Assembly (NCBI RefSeq): GCF_009914755.1
Contig: NC_060925.1
DNA length: 64,000 nt
From: the human T2T-CHM13v2.0 reference genome, Homo sapiens
Reading direction: 5' to 3' (one strand)
The position numbers and the translations under genes are program-made. This document shows positions 12,706 to 28,703 of the stretch, piece by piece; positions within the stretch are counted from its first letter, which is position 1; every line of letters starts with the position of its first letter. The notes under the pieces were generated by a model. The model saw only the letters and a program-made list of their open reading frames with translations, had not been told where the DNA came from and did not search any database.

Positions 12706-13719
12706 GGAAATACTGTCTTTTTTCCTTTTCCTTCCCTTCTTGCCTCAGAACATTGCCTGCTTTTCTCACCTTCTGATGCTCACTAAACAAAAAATTTTTT
12801 TAAATGCAAAAACTCTTCAGCACATCTTATTAAGTCTCACTGTAGGAATTCTCTGCCTTCTTAATTGGAAGTCTCCCTTAAAGCTAACCTAGCTCCTTCT
12901 TGTTTCAATTGATACCCAAGCCCTGGAGGGAGTTCCGGGGCCTTAGTCTAAGCCGAGTCCTTTTGGTGAGCAGTGGAACCATCCTGGAAATGGGGGGGCA
13001 TGTTGGTGGCAGATGGGCCGAGTCACAGGGTCCCCAGTGGTGGGCAGTAGAGGGGTGAAGGGATCAGTGACACAGCAGGCTTTTCCAGAAATAAGAACCC
13101 TCCAGGGAGGCAGCCAGGCAGGGTGGATGTCAGCTTTTTGATGGAGGAGCAGATGCTGTGCAGGCTGAAGTGGGGCAGGGGAAGAGGGAGGTGTGAACGG
13201 CAGAGGGAGCATCGCCTTCTGGGCAGCCCTACCTTGCTCATACCTTGCCCCCAGCTTTCTCTCTCATAATCCTCCTCAAAGCTCAACCTTTTCCTCTTTA
13301 TCCTCAAGCCTGGCTCTGAGATCAGCAGGCTGTGTCGTCTTGAGCAAGTCACTGCTATTCCAGTGCGCCTCAGTCTCCTCATCTGTGAAATGACCTCTGA
13401 GGCTTGTGCCAGCTCTGACTTTTGATGAGTTTTAACATTCAGCCTCTTCTGGGCTTGCAGCAGGGCTGTCTATACTGGTCCATACACAGGCTGGCCAGAC
13501 CTTATGCCAGCAGCCCAGTCACCCTGCCATATCTGCTTTGTCTCCCATTCCATCCCATTCCCATCCCCAAACCACACCTCTTCTCCTACGGTGTCACTTT
13601 AAAACAATGTGTGGAGCACCCACTGTGTTTGAGGTGTCAGAATGGGATTTGGAATGAATATGCCAGGTCTCTGCCCTTCAGGAGGAGAAAGACATGAAAT
13701 CTAAACAACAGCTCAGCTG

Positions 13720-13850
13720 TTATTTCATTTTATAGGTGAGAGAACTGAGGCCCAGACATTGAATACCTTGCCCAAGGTCACAGGGCATTGAATACCTTGC
13801 CCAAGGTCACAGTGGTAAAGCTGGGATTTGACAAAGACTCTCTAGCTCCG
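13720..13850 (-). mobile_element. MIR core carrying an internal tandem duplication
   Basis: ttttataggtgagagaactgaggcccaga...ttgcccaaggtcacag...ctgggatttga. Confidence 0.75.
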
Positions 13851-14609
13851 TGTCCTGTGGCCTCTCGTCGTCTGATGCCCAGAGCCAGTCCTTCCTCTCT
13901 TGTGGCTCAGCCTTTGCATAGGCTGTATCCTTCCTGAACCTGAGACTTGCCCTGTTGCCTGTGGTCAGATTCATTCTTTCCCTTCCTTTGGTTTCAGATC
14001 AGTGGTCACCTCTTCCAGGACCTCCCCTGTGACTCCTCTAACCCACCCACCTTATCACTTTTCTAGTCAGTCCCCAACAGAAGCTCTGGCCCCCATGCAC
14101 GGATGATGCCTGACCACAGCTGCACATGCCAACCTCTTGGCTGCAAGCTCCCTGAGGGCAGCCCCTATTGTATGGGTGGACTCAGAACCCTCAAGACAGT
14201 GGCTAAGTGGAAGCCAGTGGCTGCTGGTCAGGGCACAGCCCGGCATGATCTGGTGGATAATCAGTGCTTCAGAGGCGGTGATGTTCACTCATTTGATGTG
14301 TCTCCCATTTGAAATGCAGCCACTTCCAAGGGAATCACGTGGGATTCACATCCTACATAGAAGACTGCAAAGGCCTGGTTTGGAGAACTCAGGAAAGGTC
14401 TGTAGCCAGGAGACCTGACCCCTTGAGTTCTGGTGCAGGCAGGAGTGTGATAGGCAGAACTACTCCCATCACAACAGTGGCATCTTCAGATAAGGTGCCT
14501 TTTGTCACTTGGCCACTGGTAGGTTCTGCGAAAGGAAGTGATGTCAGGGATTTAGGGACAGGCCTGGGGGTGGAGGGCTGCACAGGAGTGGGAGTGGGCA
14601 GGTGGGTGA

Positions 14610-17224
<2,615 letters not shown>

Positions 17225-17284
17225 AGAAAAAGAGCCAGTAATATTAGCACAGACCAACTCCAGTGGCTCTAAGAGTGCTCCAAG

Positions 17285-17420
17285 GTGGTGGAAACTTCTA
17301 TATCTGTGCTGCAGTAGCTACGAGCTGGTGTAATGATGTGGCTATTGAACACTTGAAATGTGGCTAGTGCAACCCAACAACTGAATTTGAAACTTCATTA
17401 ATTTTAGTTAACTTAAATCT
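17285..17420 (+). mobile_element. MER3-like hAT-Charlie fragment
   Basis: atgtggctattgaacacttgaaatgtggctagtgcaa...aactgaattt...ttaattttagttaacttaaat. Confidence 0.7.
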
Positions 17421-18463
<1,043 letters not shown>

Positions 18464-18465
18464 TC

Positions 18466-18466
18466 C

Positions 18467-18516
<50 letters not shown>
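18466..18516. repeat. (CT)n microsatellite
   Basis: Directly visible. Confidence 0.95.
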
Positions 18517-18519
<3 letters not shown>

Positions 18520-18549
18520 CATTCTGACTAGTGGCGACAATATTGGACT

Positions 18550-18785
18550 ATGCGCTCTAGAGTCAGACTATCTGGATTTGAATTCTGGCTTTGCCATTTG
18601 CTGTTATATGTCCTTGGACAGCTTACTCAACCTCCCCAGGCTTCCGTTTTTCTCAACTGTAAAATGGGGATAATAACTGGGCTCTCTCAAAGAGTTGTCC
18701 TGAAGATTAAATGGGCTAATATACATAAAGCTGCTAGAATAGTGCCTGGTACCCAGCCCTGTAGAAGAGTTAGCCAATACTAATC
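18550..18785 (+). mobile_element. MIR
   Basis: gctctagagtcagacta...ctgtaaaatggggataata...tagaatagtgcctgg. Confidence 0.8.
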
Positions 18786-20771
18786 TTACTAGTGTCACAA
18801 CCAGAAATCCCCCAGGGCCTCCTCCAATTGTCATCCACACCTGGACTCAGCCCCTCCCCACTCCCGTCCCCATTTGCCTGCAGATGGTTCTCTCTGCTGT
18901 GTAAACTGTTGCCATAACAACCACTCCCAGCTCCCAGCAGCAGTGACTTCTTTGGAGCAGGGTGTCACATGAAGGGTCTGGGCAGGATCACTAATGGAAA
19001 ACATTTTCAGTAAACCTTGAGGTTCACTGGGCAGGAAAGTCAAGGCCTGTTGGGGAACAGAGGGCCACGTCTCCAGGCTGAGACAGGCAGGCCACCTTCT
19101 GCAGGAGGCCAGCCCTCTGAGCCCAGCCCGGAAGTCCAAGTCTTTAAATGAGAGAAGACAGAATATGTTCGAGAGTCTGCTATCTGATCCTATAACCTAT
19201 CATTCTGATCCTATAATCTAACATTCACAAGGAAATGGGGCAGGGAGGTGTTTCTCCTGAGGTGGAGAAGGCAGGATAGCAAACTAGCACTCCTTCCAAA
19301 CAGGGCTCGAGGCCAGGCACCCTCTCCTGGTCCCACAGTCCTCCGCATGGACCACCCTTGACCTTGGCAAGTCCTTTCCTAACGTGATCTTGTTGCTAAA
19401 TATTAGTGGCTGTGGAGGTATTGCTTTCTCCTGGAACTTTAAGCTCGTCTCCCCGGCCCAAGTTTGCTGCCAAAGGCTGCACTTTTGCACACGGCTGAGC
19501 AGGGCTGAGCTGTCCTGTGACAGGCTGTGGCCTGAACTAGCCATCCGCGTGGGGCTGCCCTGTGGTCACTGCCTGCCCTCAGCTCGCTGCAGAGAGAGGC
19601 TGCCACTCCCCAGAAAGGGTCAGCCTGGGTGTGGTGGAGGGGGTGGGGTGACTGTCCTCCCAGCTCATCAGGCAGCTCCCAGCCTCAAGAACACTGCGGA
19701 GGAGCAGAGGTGAGGCCTCAGAGCACAGATCTGAACCCTGATCTATTTAATATTTCCCCAGGGGACTGGAGCAGAAAGGCCAGCTGGAGCCTCTTGGAAA
19801 CTTTGGCCCTGAATCAGAGCTTGCCAAGTGGGGCTTGTGGGTCCCCAGAACCTCCCTGGTGCCGAAGGCTGGTTGGTTAATCCCAGAAGCCAGGCCCTGC
19901 TCCCTCTCCCCAAGAACCGGGTGGGCTCCCCGTCATAGATACTGCAAACTCAGGCTGTTCTCCCAGCCTGGCCACGAGGCCTAGGGTTGCGGGAAAGATG
20001 TCAGCCCTAGGAGTGCAGAGTCCTGGGAGGAAAGGAGCTGTGCTAAGCAGGAGACTGAGGGAGAGAGACCTGGGCGGTGGCTCCCGAGCCTGAGCGAGAC
20101 GCTGTCCACCTCGCTGCGCTGCAGTCGCAGCAAGGCCACAGCCGGCTGAGGACCGGCAACGCCCCCTTGTGGCCATTCTCAGCAACAAGCCCCCAGAGAG
20201 CCTGGCGGGGGCTGGACTGGGGCTGGGTTCTCTTGCTGCAAGGCTGAGGTGGCTAGGTGACTTCTCTTATCCCAAGCCTGGAGATGAAGGAGGCGGCTTT
20301 TCCTGAGAACAGACTTGTGCCTGAAGAGTAGATTTGTTCTGAAGGCCAGGGACACTTTGCGTAGCCACTTGGCATCAGGAAGTCAAGCCCTGGTTTTGTA
20401 ATGGACATCCAATACTGGTGGTATGCAATGAGATGTAAGGATTTTCCAAAATGTGGCCTTATGTAGCACACCCTCCACTGTGGGGGTTTGCAAAGATGAG
20501 GCCCCATCTCCATCCTGTTGAATCAGAAGCTCTGGGGGGTGACACCCTGGTATCTGCCTTTTTAGCATACTCTGAGAGAAAAGATGCTTTTATGGGCTTC
20601 AGCCAAGTACAAAACCATAGAACCAGACTGTCAAAGCTGGGTAGGGGCTTGGGTATCCTCTACTCCCACTCCCATATTTGTAGATAGGGAAACTGAGGCC
20701 CAAAGAGGGGAAGTAATTCACCCTAGCTCCCACAGCTGAGTCATGTGTGCCCCCAAGCTAGAACTCTAAAA

Positions 20772-20897
20772 ATTATTATTTTTTATAGTGATGGGCTCTT
20801 GCTGTGTTGCCCAGGCTGGTCTTGAACTCCTGGGCTCGAGGTATCCTCCCATCTCTACCTCCCAAAGTGTTGTGATTACAGGCATAAGCTACTGCCC
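20772..20897 (-). mobile_element. Alu left monomer (FLAM/AluJ)
   Basis: gttgcccaggctggtcttgaactcctgggctc...cccaaagtg...ttacaggc. Confidence 0.85.
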
Positions 20898-22038
20898 CTC
20901 ACCCTCTTTACGTGTTCTAAGTTGTCCACCCGGCATGCCCTGCTTTACGATTCCTCTTAGCCCAGTGCCCAGTGGAGATGCATTACCAAGGGTCCCTAAT
21001 CCAAGCCATCTCACTCAGTGAAAATCAAAACCGTAGGTGATCTGGAAAGATACCTGCCTGGCAGTTCCAGGCTGAGATGGCCGTGCATGCTCCTCTCTCT
21101 GGCCCCAGATTTGCTTCTATTTCCTAGTTTTTCTTTCCTTGCCTCACACACCCATGTGGCCAACACATTAGTCCTTTAGTCCTGGCTCTTTCTGGGTACG
21201 TGTCCCCATGCAGCAAACAACAGGAGTGCCATTGAGCGCTGGGCTCCAGTTCAGCCCACTCGCTGATTGAGATGGTTCCGGATTCTCTGGGGTAAGGATG
21301 AAAACCCTGGGAGCTCCCCTGGGGAGCAGGAGCACTCAACTACGAGAAGCATGAGATTTGCCATGCTGCGGGGGTTCGGTGACAACTGCCTCTGACAATA
21401 TTGTGACTTAAGTGGGGGAACGAGGGAAAGATAGGATTAGTAAGAGAACAAATAGTCCCCTGCCTGCATCCTCCATGGAAATGGGGTGCCTCTGGTGTGG
21501 GGGCCTGCCAGCATCTGTTTTAGAGCTTCTCGGGTCATCAGATGGCGAAGAAAAGGATAGAGAGAGGGGATGGAGTCACTGTAGGGACAGTTACTGTGCT
21601 CTACCTGAAGGCAGAGGGGATTTGCTTGCTGGGTTATCTGTCAGTTTTCCATACCTGCCCCCAGCCACTGTAGGATGGAGCCTTTGCAGTGAATCAGTGC
21701 AAGGTCACTGGATGCAAGAACCAGCAGAACCCTCCTAGTCCAGCTCTGAGCAGTGGGTAGAGACCTGGAGTTTATCGTTAGACCAAGGAGCGCACTGAGG
21801 TGGGCCTGCAATGCTCTCCCTGGCTGGAGTTTGAAGGTTTGTGTCCTTGAGTGGAAGAGAGGAATAAAAATGATTCCCAAAGACGTTTGACTCATTGTAA
21901 GCACCAGACGATCATCAACAAATGCTGGTTGTGAGATGTGCAGATAAACTCCCACTGACCTGGGCTTCACCCTAGGGATCTAACAGGGTCAGGAAAGATA
22001 TTTTTCTCTCTCTCTTTTTGGGAGTTATTAAGAAGGGG

Positions 22039-22072
22039 TGTGTGTGTGTGTGTGTGTGTGTGTGTCTGTGTG
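22039..22072. repeat. (TG)n microsatellite
   Basis: Directly visible. Confidence 0.93.
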
Positions 22073-23124
22073 TTGTGTTGCTTATGTTGCTTAATCCTTC
22101 TTGTTTCCAGATCATTTAGCCTAGCCTGGATTTGGGACCCAGTCCCAAACCATCCCACATGATTAATTTACATTGCAGTTCACCTCTTCTGGTGATACAT
22201 CTCTGTGTGTTTCATCCCCAGCCCACAGCATGGAGTGCTGGTCTAAAGATCCCTGGGCCAAGAGTGATAGCTACCATGCCATTCACAACCTGGTGACACT
22301 GGGCAGGCCCCTCCCCTCTGGACCTGAGGGATTGTTGTTCCCCCACCACCACCCTGAAACCGCCGTGTACAAAATGAGATCCTTTCAAGTTCTGAAGTGC
22401 CATGACTTGAAAACATTCTTTCTTTGGCTCACTTCCGTTCCTTCTGTTGGTTCCCACCTCATCCAGCCACTCACAGCAGAAGCCAGTCTAGAAGTCAGGT
22501 GCAAATGCAGTCCTCTGTGGCCTCTGCCCTGAGCCAAACCACTAATGTGGGATTTGAAACACTGGTGGAAATAATTAAGATTTCAACAGTTATTCAGTTT
22601 ACTTAATTGTCAGCCAATAATTAAAATTTTATAGAACTTGGGGAAATTTGACTGCCGGGTGATGGATTCCCATGAGTCTCCTTCTTCCTGAACGTCTCTG
22701 AATTTTGGGGGGTTATTACCCTCGGTTGAAGGCTCTCCACCTATTACTACATCAGATTTTAGACTGCAGGCCAGAGGGGACCCCTGAGGTTCACGATACT
22801 CCACAGCTAAGATTGGCCCCAAGAGAACGGGATTGAAGATATTGTATTGCCTCACAGCAGTGAGAGAGTGGTAGTCAGGCCTGATGACACAGAAACAAGG
22901 TTTTGTTACTACCTCATCCACCCCTAACTCCAGGTATGAGTGAGGGTCTCACCTAGCCAAAGCAAGGTCCCGGAAGAGAATGTCAGGTCCGTTGAGCTGC
23001 ACCCTCCAGGGGTGTGCACCACGCCCATCAGCAAATGAGAGACAAGGGGCCAGCCTCAGTGCCAGCCCGAGGGTGCACCCGTTGTTCACCCACCTCTTTG
23101 TGCCTTCTGACAGATAAGAGCCAC

Positions 23125-23350
23125 CATTTATAGAGCACCTACTCTGTTCCAGGCACCGTACTATAAGCATGTTTGTGAATTAGCTCTTTAAGCCTCACAG
23201 CAACCCCACCAAGTGGGTATCATGCCCATTTCCCAGAGCGGGAAACTGCAGTGAGGTGAGATGACTTGTTCAAACAAGCTGGGAAGGGGGCAGTACCAGG
23301 ACCTGAAGCACAGGTCTTTCTGAATCTAAGGACTATGTTCTTGCCACTAC
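23125..23350 (-). mobile_element. MIR
   Basis: catttatagagcacctact...cctcacagcaacccc...cccatttccca...ggaaactg. Confidence 0.75.
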
Positions 23351-24220
23351 ATCACTGTCAGTTTTGCCCTAGGGTCCCAATCTCTTGATGAGCAATTTCG
23401 TAGTCCTGCCCTCCTGGGGAAGCCTGTTTCCCCTGTTCTGACACTGGAACAGAGAGAAAGACCCTTTTTACATCATCCTCACAGTGCACCCTGGGCTGTC
23501 CCTTAAATTACTTCTCTTCCTCTAGCAACGTTTTAGTCTTCTTGCTTCCTCCCCATACAATGGGAGATGTGTCCACAGAAATCTCTCTATGCATATGTCT
23601 GCAGAATTGCAGAGTTTTATGAGGGTTTCCACAAACTACAGGCTAGACCACAAGTAGGTGTGTATATCTGGAGGCATGTGCATGTATTTTGAAACACCAT
23701 ATTGTAGTGGAAAGAACAAGGGCTTTGGAGTCAAAAAGACTTGTGATCAGTCCCCTGGCTCAAATTAAATAACATGGAAAATGCCTCGTGGTGAACATTG
23801 AGTAGCTGGGCATTATTTGATTTGTGTGTGCATGCACCTGTCTGTCAAGTGTATTTGATTGCTAGTCCTTTCCCAAAGACCCTTGACATGGACAGTATGC
23901 TCTCTCTGTGGTCTTGCATAAGAGCCAACAGTGTGTAGAAAGAAACACCATCCTACTCTGCAGATGCCCCAGTGCATGCTGGGACTATGCTGCTGTTTGT
24001 GGTAACTGTGAATTGCCGTGGTGATGGCTGGGTTGGGAGAGACTTGCATCTGTTCTGAGCCTGAGTAGCACACACATTCTCTCCCCAGTTGCTCCATTTT
24101 CAGGGAAAGGCTTGGAGGGCAGCCCAGGATAACATCATGAGCTCCTCCCCATAGACCTTGGTGTCGCCCTGGGGCCTGCTAGGAGCCCTACCTGCCCCCT
24201 TCCCCCCTCAAACCCTACTT

Positions 24221-24258
24221 GCGCGCACACACACACACACACACACACATACACACAC
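24221..24258. repeat. (GC)n(CA)n microsatellite
   Basis: Directly visible. Confidence 0.93.
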
Positions 24259-24651
24259 TTCACTCTTGCAGCTGGACCCTGTTCTGTAGGAGCTAAGACA
24301 GCACGCACTCCCAGGCCCCCAGAGTAAGTTTTGGAGGGTGGCATCCTGGCTGGTATCATGTGAAGGAGAACGCTGTACTCTACTAGGACCTGGCTAGAGG
24401 TGGGTTGGACTGGAGAGTACCTTGTTCTAATTTGCACAAAGGTGCCACGTAAGATGGGAGTATTCTGAGCACGTCCTCCACTTAGGGGTATTGAGGAAGG
24501 GGATGGGCTACCAAGACTCCCTCTGCATCTTTGCCATGTCTGGGCTCTGTTTTGTCCCCAGGCCTGTCCCACACCCAGAGCAAAACATTTGACAGAGACA
24601 CATGGAGGCAGCCTCCAGGGCATCTCAACTTAGCCAATAAAACAAGCCATT

Positions 24652-24946
24652 AGCCAGGCACGATGGCACACACCTGTAATCCCAGCACTTTGGGGGGCTG
24701 AGTCAGAAGGATAGCTTGAGCTCAGAAGTTCGAGACCAGCTTGGGCAACATGGCAAAACCCCGTCTCTACTAAAAATGCAAAAATTAGCCAGGCGTGATG
24801 GGGCATGCCTGTAGTCCCAGCTACTCAGGAGGCTAAGGTGGGAGAATCGCTCAAAACCAGAGAAGTTGAGCCTGCAGTGAGGCGTGATCATGCCACTCCA
24901 TCCCAGGAGACAGAGTAAGACCCTGTCTCAAAAAAAAAAAAAAAAA
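24652..24946 (+). mobile_element. Alu (J/S)
   Basis: Full Alu with poly-A; flanking ccatt direct repeat. Confidence 0.93.
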
Positions 24947-26074
24947 CCATTGAACTTTTAGGTTACTTTTCTCATTATCACAGAGTAGCGGAAGCCCTAG
25001 ATACCTTCACCCCATCCGGGATGCTCACCCTCACAGGAGATGGTGAGAAAGGGGTGAAGCTTAGTTATGGGTTGGTGGTCAGAGGTGGGGTAAGGTGAAG
25101 ATCAGGAATGGATGAGGGTTGAGAGGTGAAGTAAATTCCCTTGGAAATGTAACTTACTCATATTTTTAAGCTAAAATATAAAAATTCACCTTCAGGGTCA
25201 TGGGTGTGAATGTCAGATTGGCTCCTCAACCTAGGCCCCCTCTGCAGCCTCTGGAGCTCTGGAGGCCTTTCTTTTGTACACAGGTAAGTCCTCTTGGCCT
25301 GAAGCTGTGGCTGTACCACCCCGGGAATGTGTCTGTCACCTAGCAATGTGGAGGAAGCCAGACTTACCAGGGGCCCCAACCCTCCAGACCCACCCTGGGC
25401 TGAGCCTTGGAGAAGCAGAGCGGCATACCCATGATGGCCACCAGGGGCCACTGCTGGGGCACAGAGGGAGCTGCAGGGTGTAGCCTCTGCAGGGCCCCTC
25501 CAGCCTGGTAGCAGAGACCAGATCCTGGTCACCCCCAAGGAAACCAAACCCTGCCCTAACCTCCTCCCCTGTATGCCCCAAATCTATACCTGTGGGGAAG
25601 CTGCCTGGAGTCAAGTGTTCTTCCATTCGCATCTCTGTGATCTCCAGCTAGTCCCTACTTCCTGGACCTCAGCCTCCCAGCTCTCCAGAGACACAGCAGG
25701 ATTAAGTGACTTTCAAGGACTCTTGTGGTTTGGCGAGTCTGGGAGACTCTGAAATAGTCCCACCACACTCTGCTGATGTGGAATTGAGGAAGGGGCTAGG
25801 ATAGAGGTCTTTGAGGGAAGAGATATGGAGAAAGAGGGTCAAACCTGTGACCTAGATGTCTATGACTCCCATCTGGAGCATCTGGGGCATTAGGGAATGC
25901 AGCATGACTCTCCTGAGGCTACTGTGTGGTTTAAACATTTTTCCTTAAAAAAAAAAAAAAAGACATTTTCCTAACGTGACATGTATGTATCCCTTTACTT
26001 TTTTTCATGGGTTTTTGGAAATTTTAAAAAATTGTGGTAGCATCCATTCTTGAAATGTTCACTAAGCATCTTCT

Positions 26075-26371
26075 TTGTTTTTTTTTTTGAAACAGGGTCT
26101 CACTCTGTTGCCCAGGCTAGAGTATAGTGGTGTGATCATAGTTCATTACAGCATTGAACTCTTGGGCTCAAGTGATCTTCCTGCCTCAGCCTCCCAAGTA
26201 GCTAGTATTACAGGCTTGAGCCACCTGGCCAATTTTTTTATTTTTATTTTTTATATAGACAGGATCTCCCTGTGTTGCCCAGGCTGGTCTCAAACTCCTG
26301 GCCTGAAGCGATCCTCTGGCCTCGGTCTCCCACAGTGCTGGGATTATAGGCATGAGCCACTGCTTGCAGCC
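26075..26371 (-). mobile_element. AluJ
   Basis: Reverse Alu with J-type gggctcaagtgatc. Confidence 0.9.
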
Positions 26372-26459
26372 TAAGTGCCTCCTATACAACAGTCACCATG
26401 CTTGATGCTAGTGGTGCAGAGATGCCCTGTGATATATCAAGACAAGTATGAGTTTCTTC

Positions 26460-26650
26460 CTGGGCTCAACTCTGCCTTGTGCTACATGCTAGGTGTGTGA
26501 CCTTGGGCAGTTTACTTGTTCTCTCTGAGTGTCAGTTTTCTCATCTGTTAAATGGGGCAGTAGCACAAATCTCCCAGAAATGTTGCAAGGATTCAAGTAG
26601 ATAATGCATGCAAAGGGTCTGGCACACACAGAAGTCTCTGAGTAACTCTT
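26460..26650 (+). mobile_element. MIR
   Basis: gtgtgaccttgggcagtttactt...cagttttctcatctgttaaatgggg. Confidence 0.8.
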
Positions 26651-28011
26651 GATCACCTTCCTCTTTGGGAATACACACCCCTTGGAGATGTGTGTGCCTG
26701 TCCCTCATGTCTGCCAAGCCCATAAAAAGCATCACCCTGGGCCAGAAACCCACACCTTGGCACCATGTTCTTAGTCCCCACATAGGCATTTTAGAATTCA
26801 ACTTTATTTCTTGGCGAGTCTAAAAAATTGACCCTGTCTGTGTTTCATGCCAAGCCATCAATTAAAGCCATGGAGCAGCTTACAAGGTGACACTTGCCAG
26901 GATAAATAGGCATTGGCGGCCACGGAAGTGATGCCAGGACTGGGGATAGAGCTTAGGCCACTGGCATGGTGGCCTGCCATTTGTCCCTGATCCTTGCCAC
27001 CAGCATGGAGGCCTGGATTCATGGTGCTGACCATGAGAGGATGTGGGGGTGGAGAAGCTCCCCCTGGGAGGGGAAAGGAGGGATGGCTGGGCTTGGGTGT
27101 GGAGCTGGTTCTCAGAAAAGGTGCCCAAAAGGCTCTGGAGAGGGCATTGCAGGCTCCCTGCCCGCCCCACCCAGCCTCCCCTCCCTGACAAGACAGTCAA
27201 GCAGCTGCCTGCCAGCCGGCCTGAGCTTAGTCTTGGGGGAATAAAAACCTCTTGAAGAGATTCAGAAATGTTCCCTTTGGCAGCTAAAAAAAACCTTACA
27301 CTCCTGCTGAGTCTGTGGGCTGAGGAGGGACTGAGGGGGCGTTTGGCCTCTGCAGCAGCGGCAGAAGGCTTGCGGATGGAGGGGAAAAGGGAGCAGCCTG
27401 GAGAGCCAGAGTTCTTGGGTTTTCTCTGTTGTTTTGCCATCATCTTTCTGTCACTCCCTGACTCTCTCCTGCAGATTGTCTTTTAGGGAGGTACTGGGGG
27501 ACTTGGTTCCATTCATGACTTTAGGTTCCAAAATGAAAGATAAGCCATGGGGCAGGGCCAGCTTCTCTTCATTATACTGTCCTTAGGGCCCAGGGTGGTG
27601 CCTGATGTGAAGTAAGTGCTTGATAAAGATTCATTGGATGAACTGAAGGAAGGAAGAACATTCTTTGAGTTCCTTCATGCTCAAGCACCTCTCAGTCATT
27701 TGGACGTTATTTTCACCCTGTTTGCTGTTGTAGATTCTCATCCGTCCAGGCTAATATCTGGACACCAGGGTTGAATACAATGGCTCTTGGTGATTTGGGA
27801 TTCTGAGGATTGGGCCACACCCATGCATCCTTCTCACTCAGGATTGCACCACTTGTGTGGGGACTGCCCAGAGCTCACTTCAAGCTCCAGAAAATGACTG
27901 CTCATCCCTTCCACCTCCCACCAGCCACCTCACCTTTAGGAGACTATATCTGAACTAACTTCCTGGGACCCCATAGAGCAACCCCAGATATTACCAGTCA
28001 GTGCCTGGGTT

Positions 28012-28214
28012 TAGGTGTACTGAAGCCAGCTTGTACCAGTTCCCCAGAGCCAATTGTTAGCCCTTCTTCCTAACTCTGTGGTCAGTGACATCAGATTGGT
28101 AGATTGAAAGTGGCCATGATAGGAGGCTTTATACCAGGGAAATTGGCAAACACCACACATCGGTGTCCCCTTCCTCCGAAAGCCAGTTGTTAAACATTTA
28201 CCAGCACAACCCTG
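28012..28214 (+). mobile_element. MER63A-like (hAT-Blackjack) DNA transposon
   Basis: gaagccagcttgtaccag...gaaattggcaaacac...agccagttgttaaacatttaccagcacaaccctg. Confidence 0.75.
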
Positions 28215-28600
28215 GATAGGGGGTTTCAGGCAGATGTTCCAGCTCATCTCAACCACGAGAAATCTTGCCCAGGACCTCTGCTATGAGAAGCAGGGCCTCC
28301 CCAAAACAAAGCCAGAGGTAGAGGCAGTTCCTTGGGGGCTCTGAAAGGAGTGCACAGACACAGAAAGCCATGCCTGTACCCCCTGCCAGGATCTGGGGTT
28401 CAGAGGGCTCAATGGCACATGTCCAGGGCCTTTGAGAGGGCCCATTCTGTTGGTTGTCTTTGGGAAAGGGAGGAGGAAGGTGACTATCATGGCCCAGGGA
28501 CTAGCCTCCTGGGGACACTGTCAATCTCCACTTCCTGACCCCCAGGATCCCAGCATTAAGTTCTCTTCACTCACCCAGCTCTTCCTTCTCTCCCTACCAG

Positions 28601-28703
28601 ACCCAGAGTCCCAGAGAAAGAGGACAGTGCAGAATGTCCTGGATCTCCGGCAGAACCTGGAAGAGACCATGTCCAGCCTGCGAGGGTCCCAGGTGACTCA
28701 CAG
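28601..28703 (+). CDS. NAV1: NAV1 internal coding exon (103 nt, phase 1 in / phase 2 out; coiled-coil segment)
   Basis: Polypyrimidine tract ...cttccttctctccctaccag| at 28600, donor CAG|gtaagc at 28703/28704; encodes (D)PESQRKRTVQNVLDLRQNLEETMSSLRGSQVTH(S). Confidence 0.95.
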
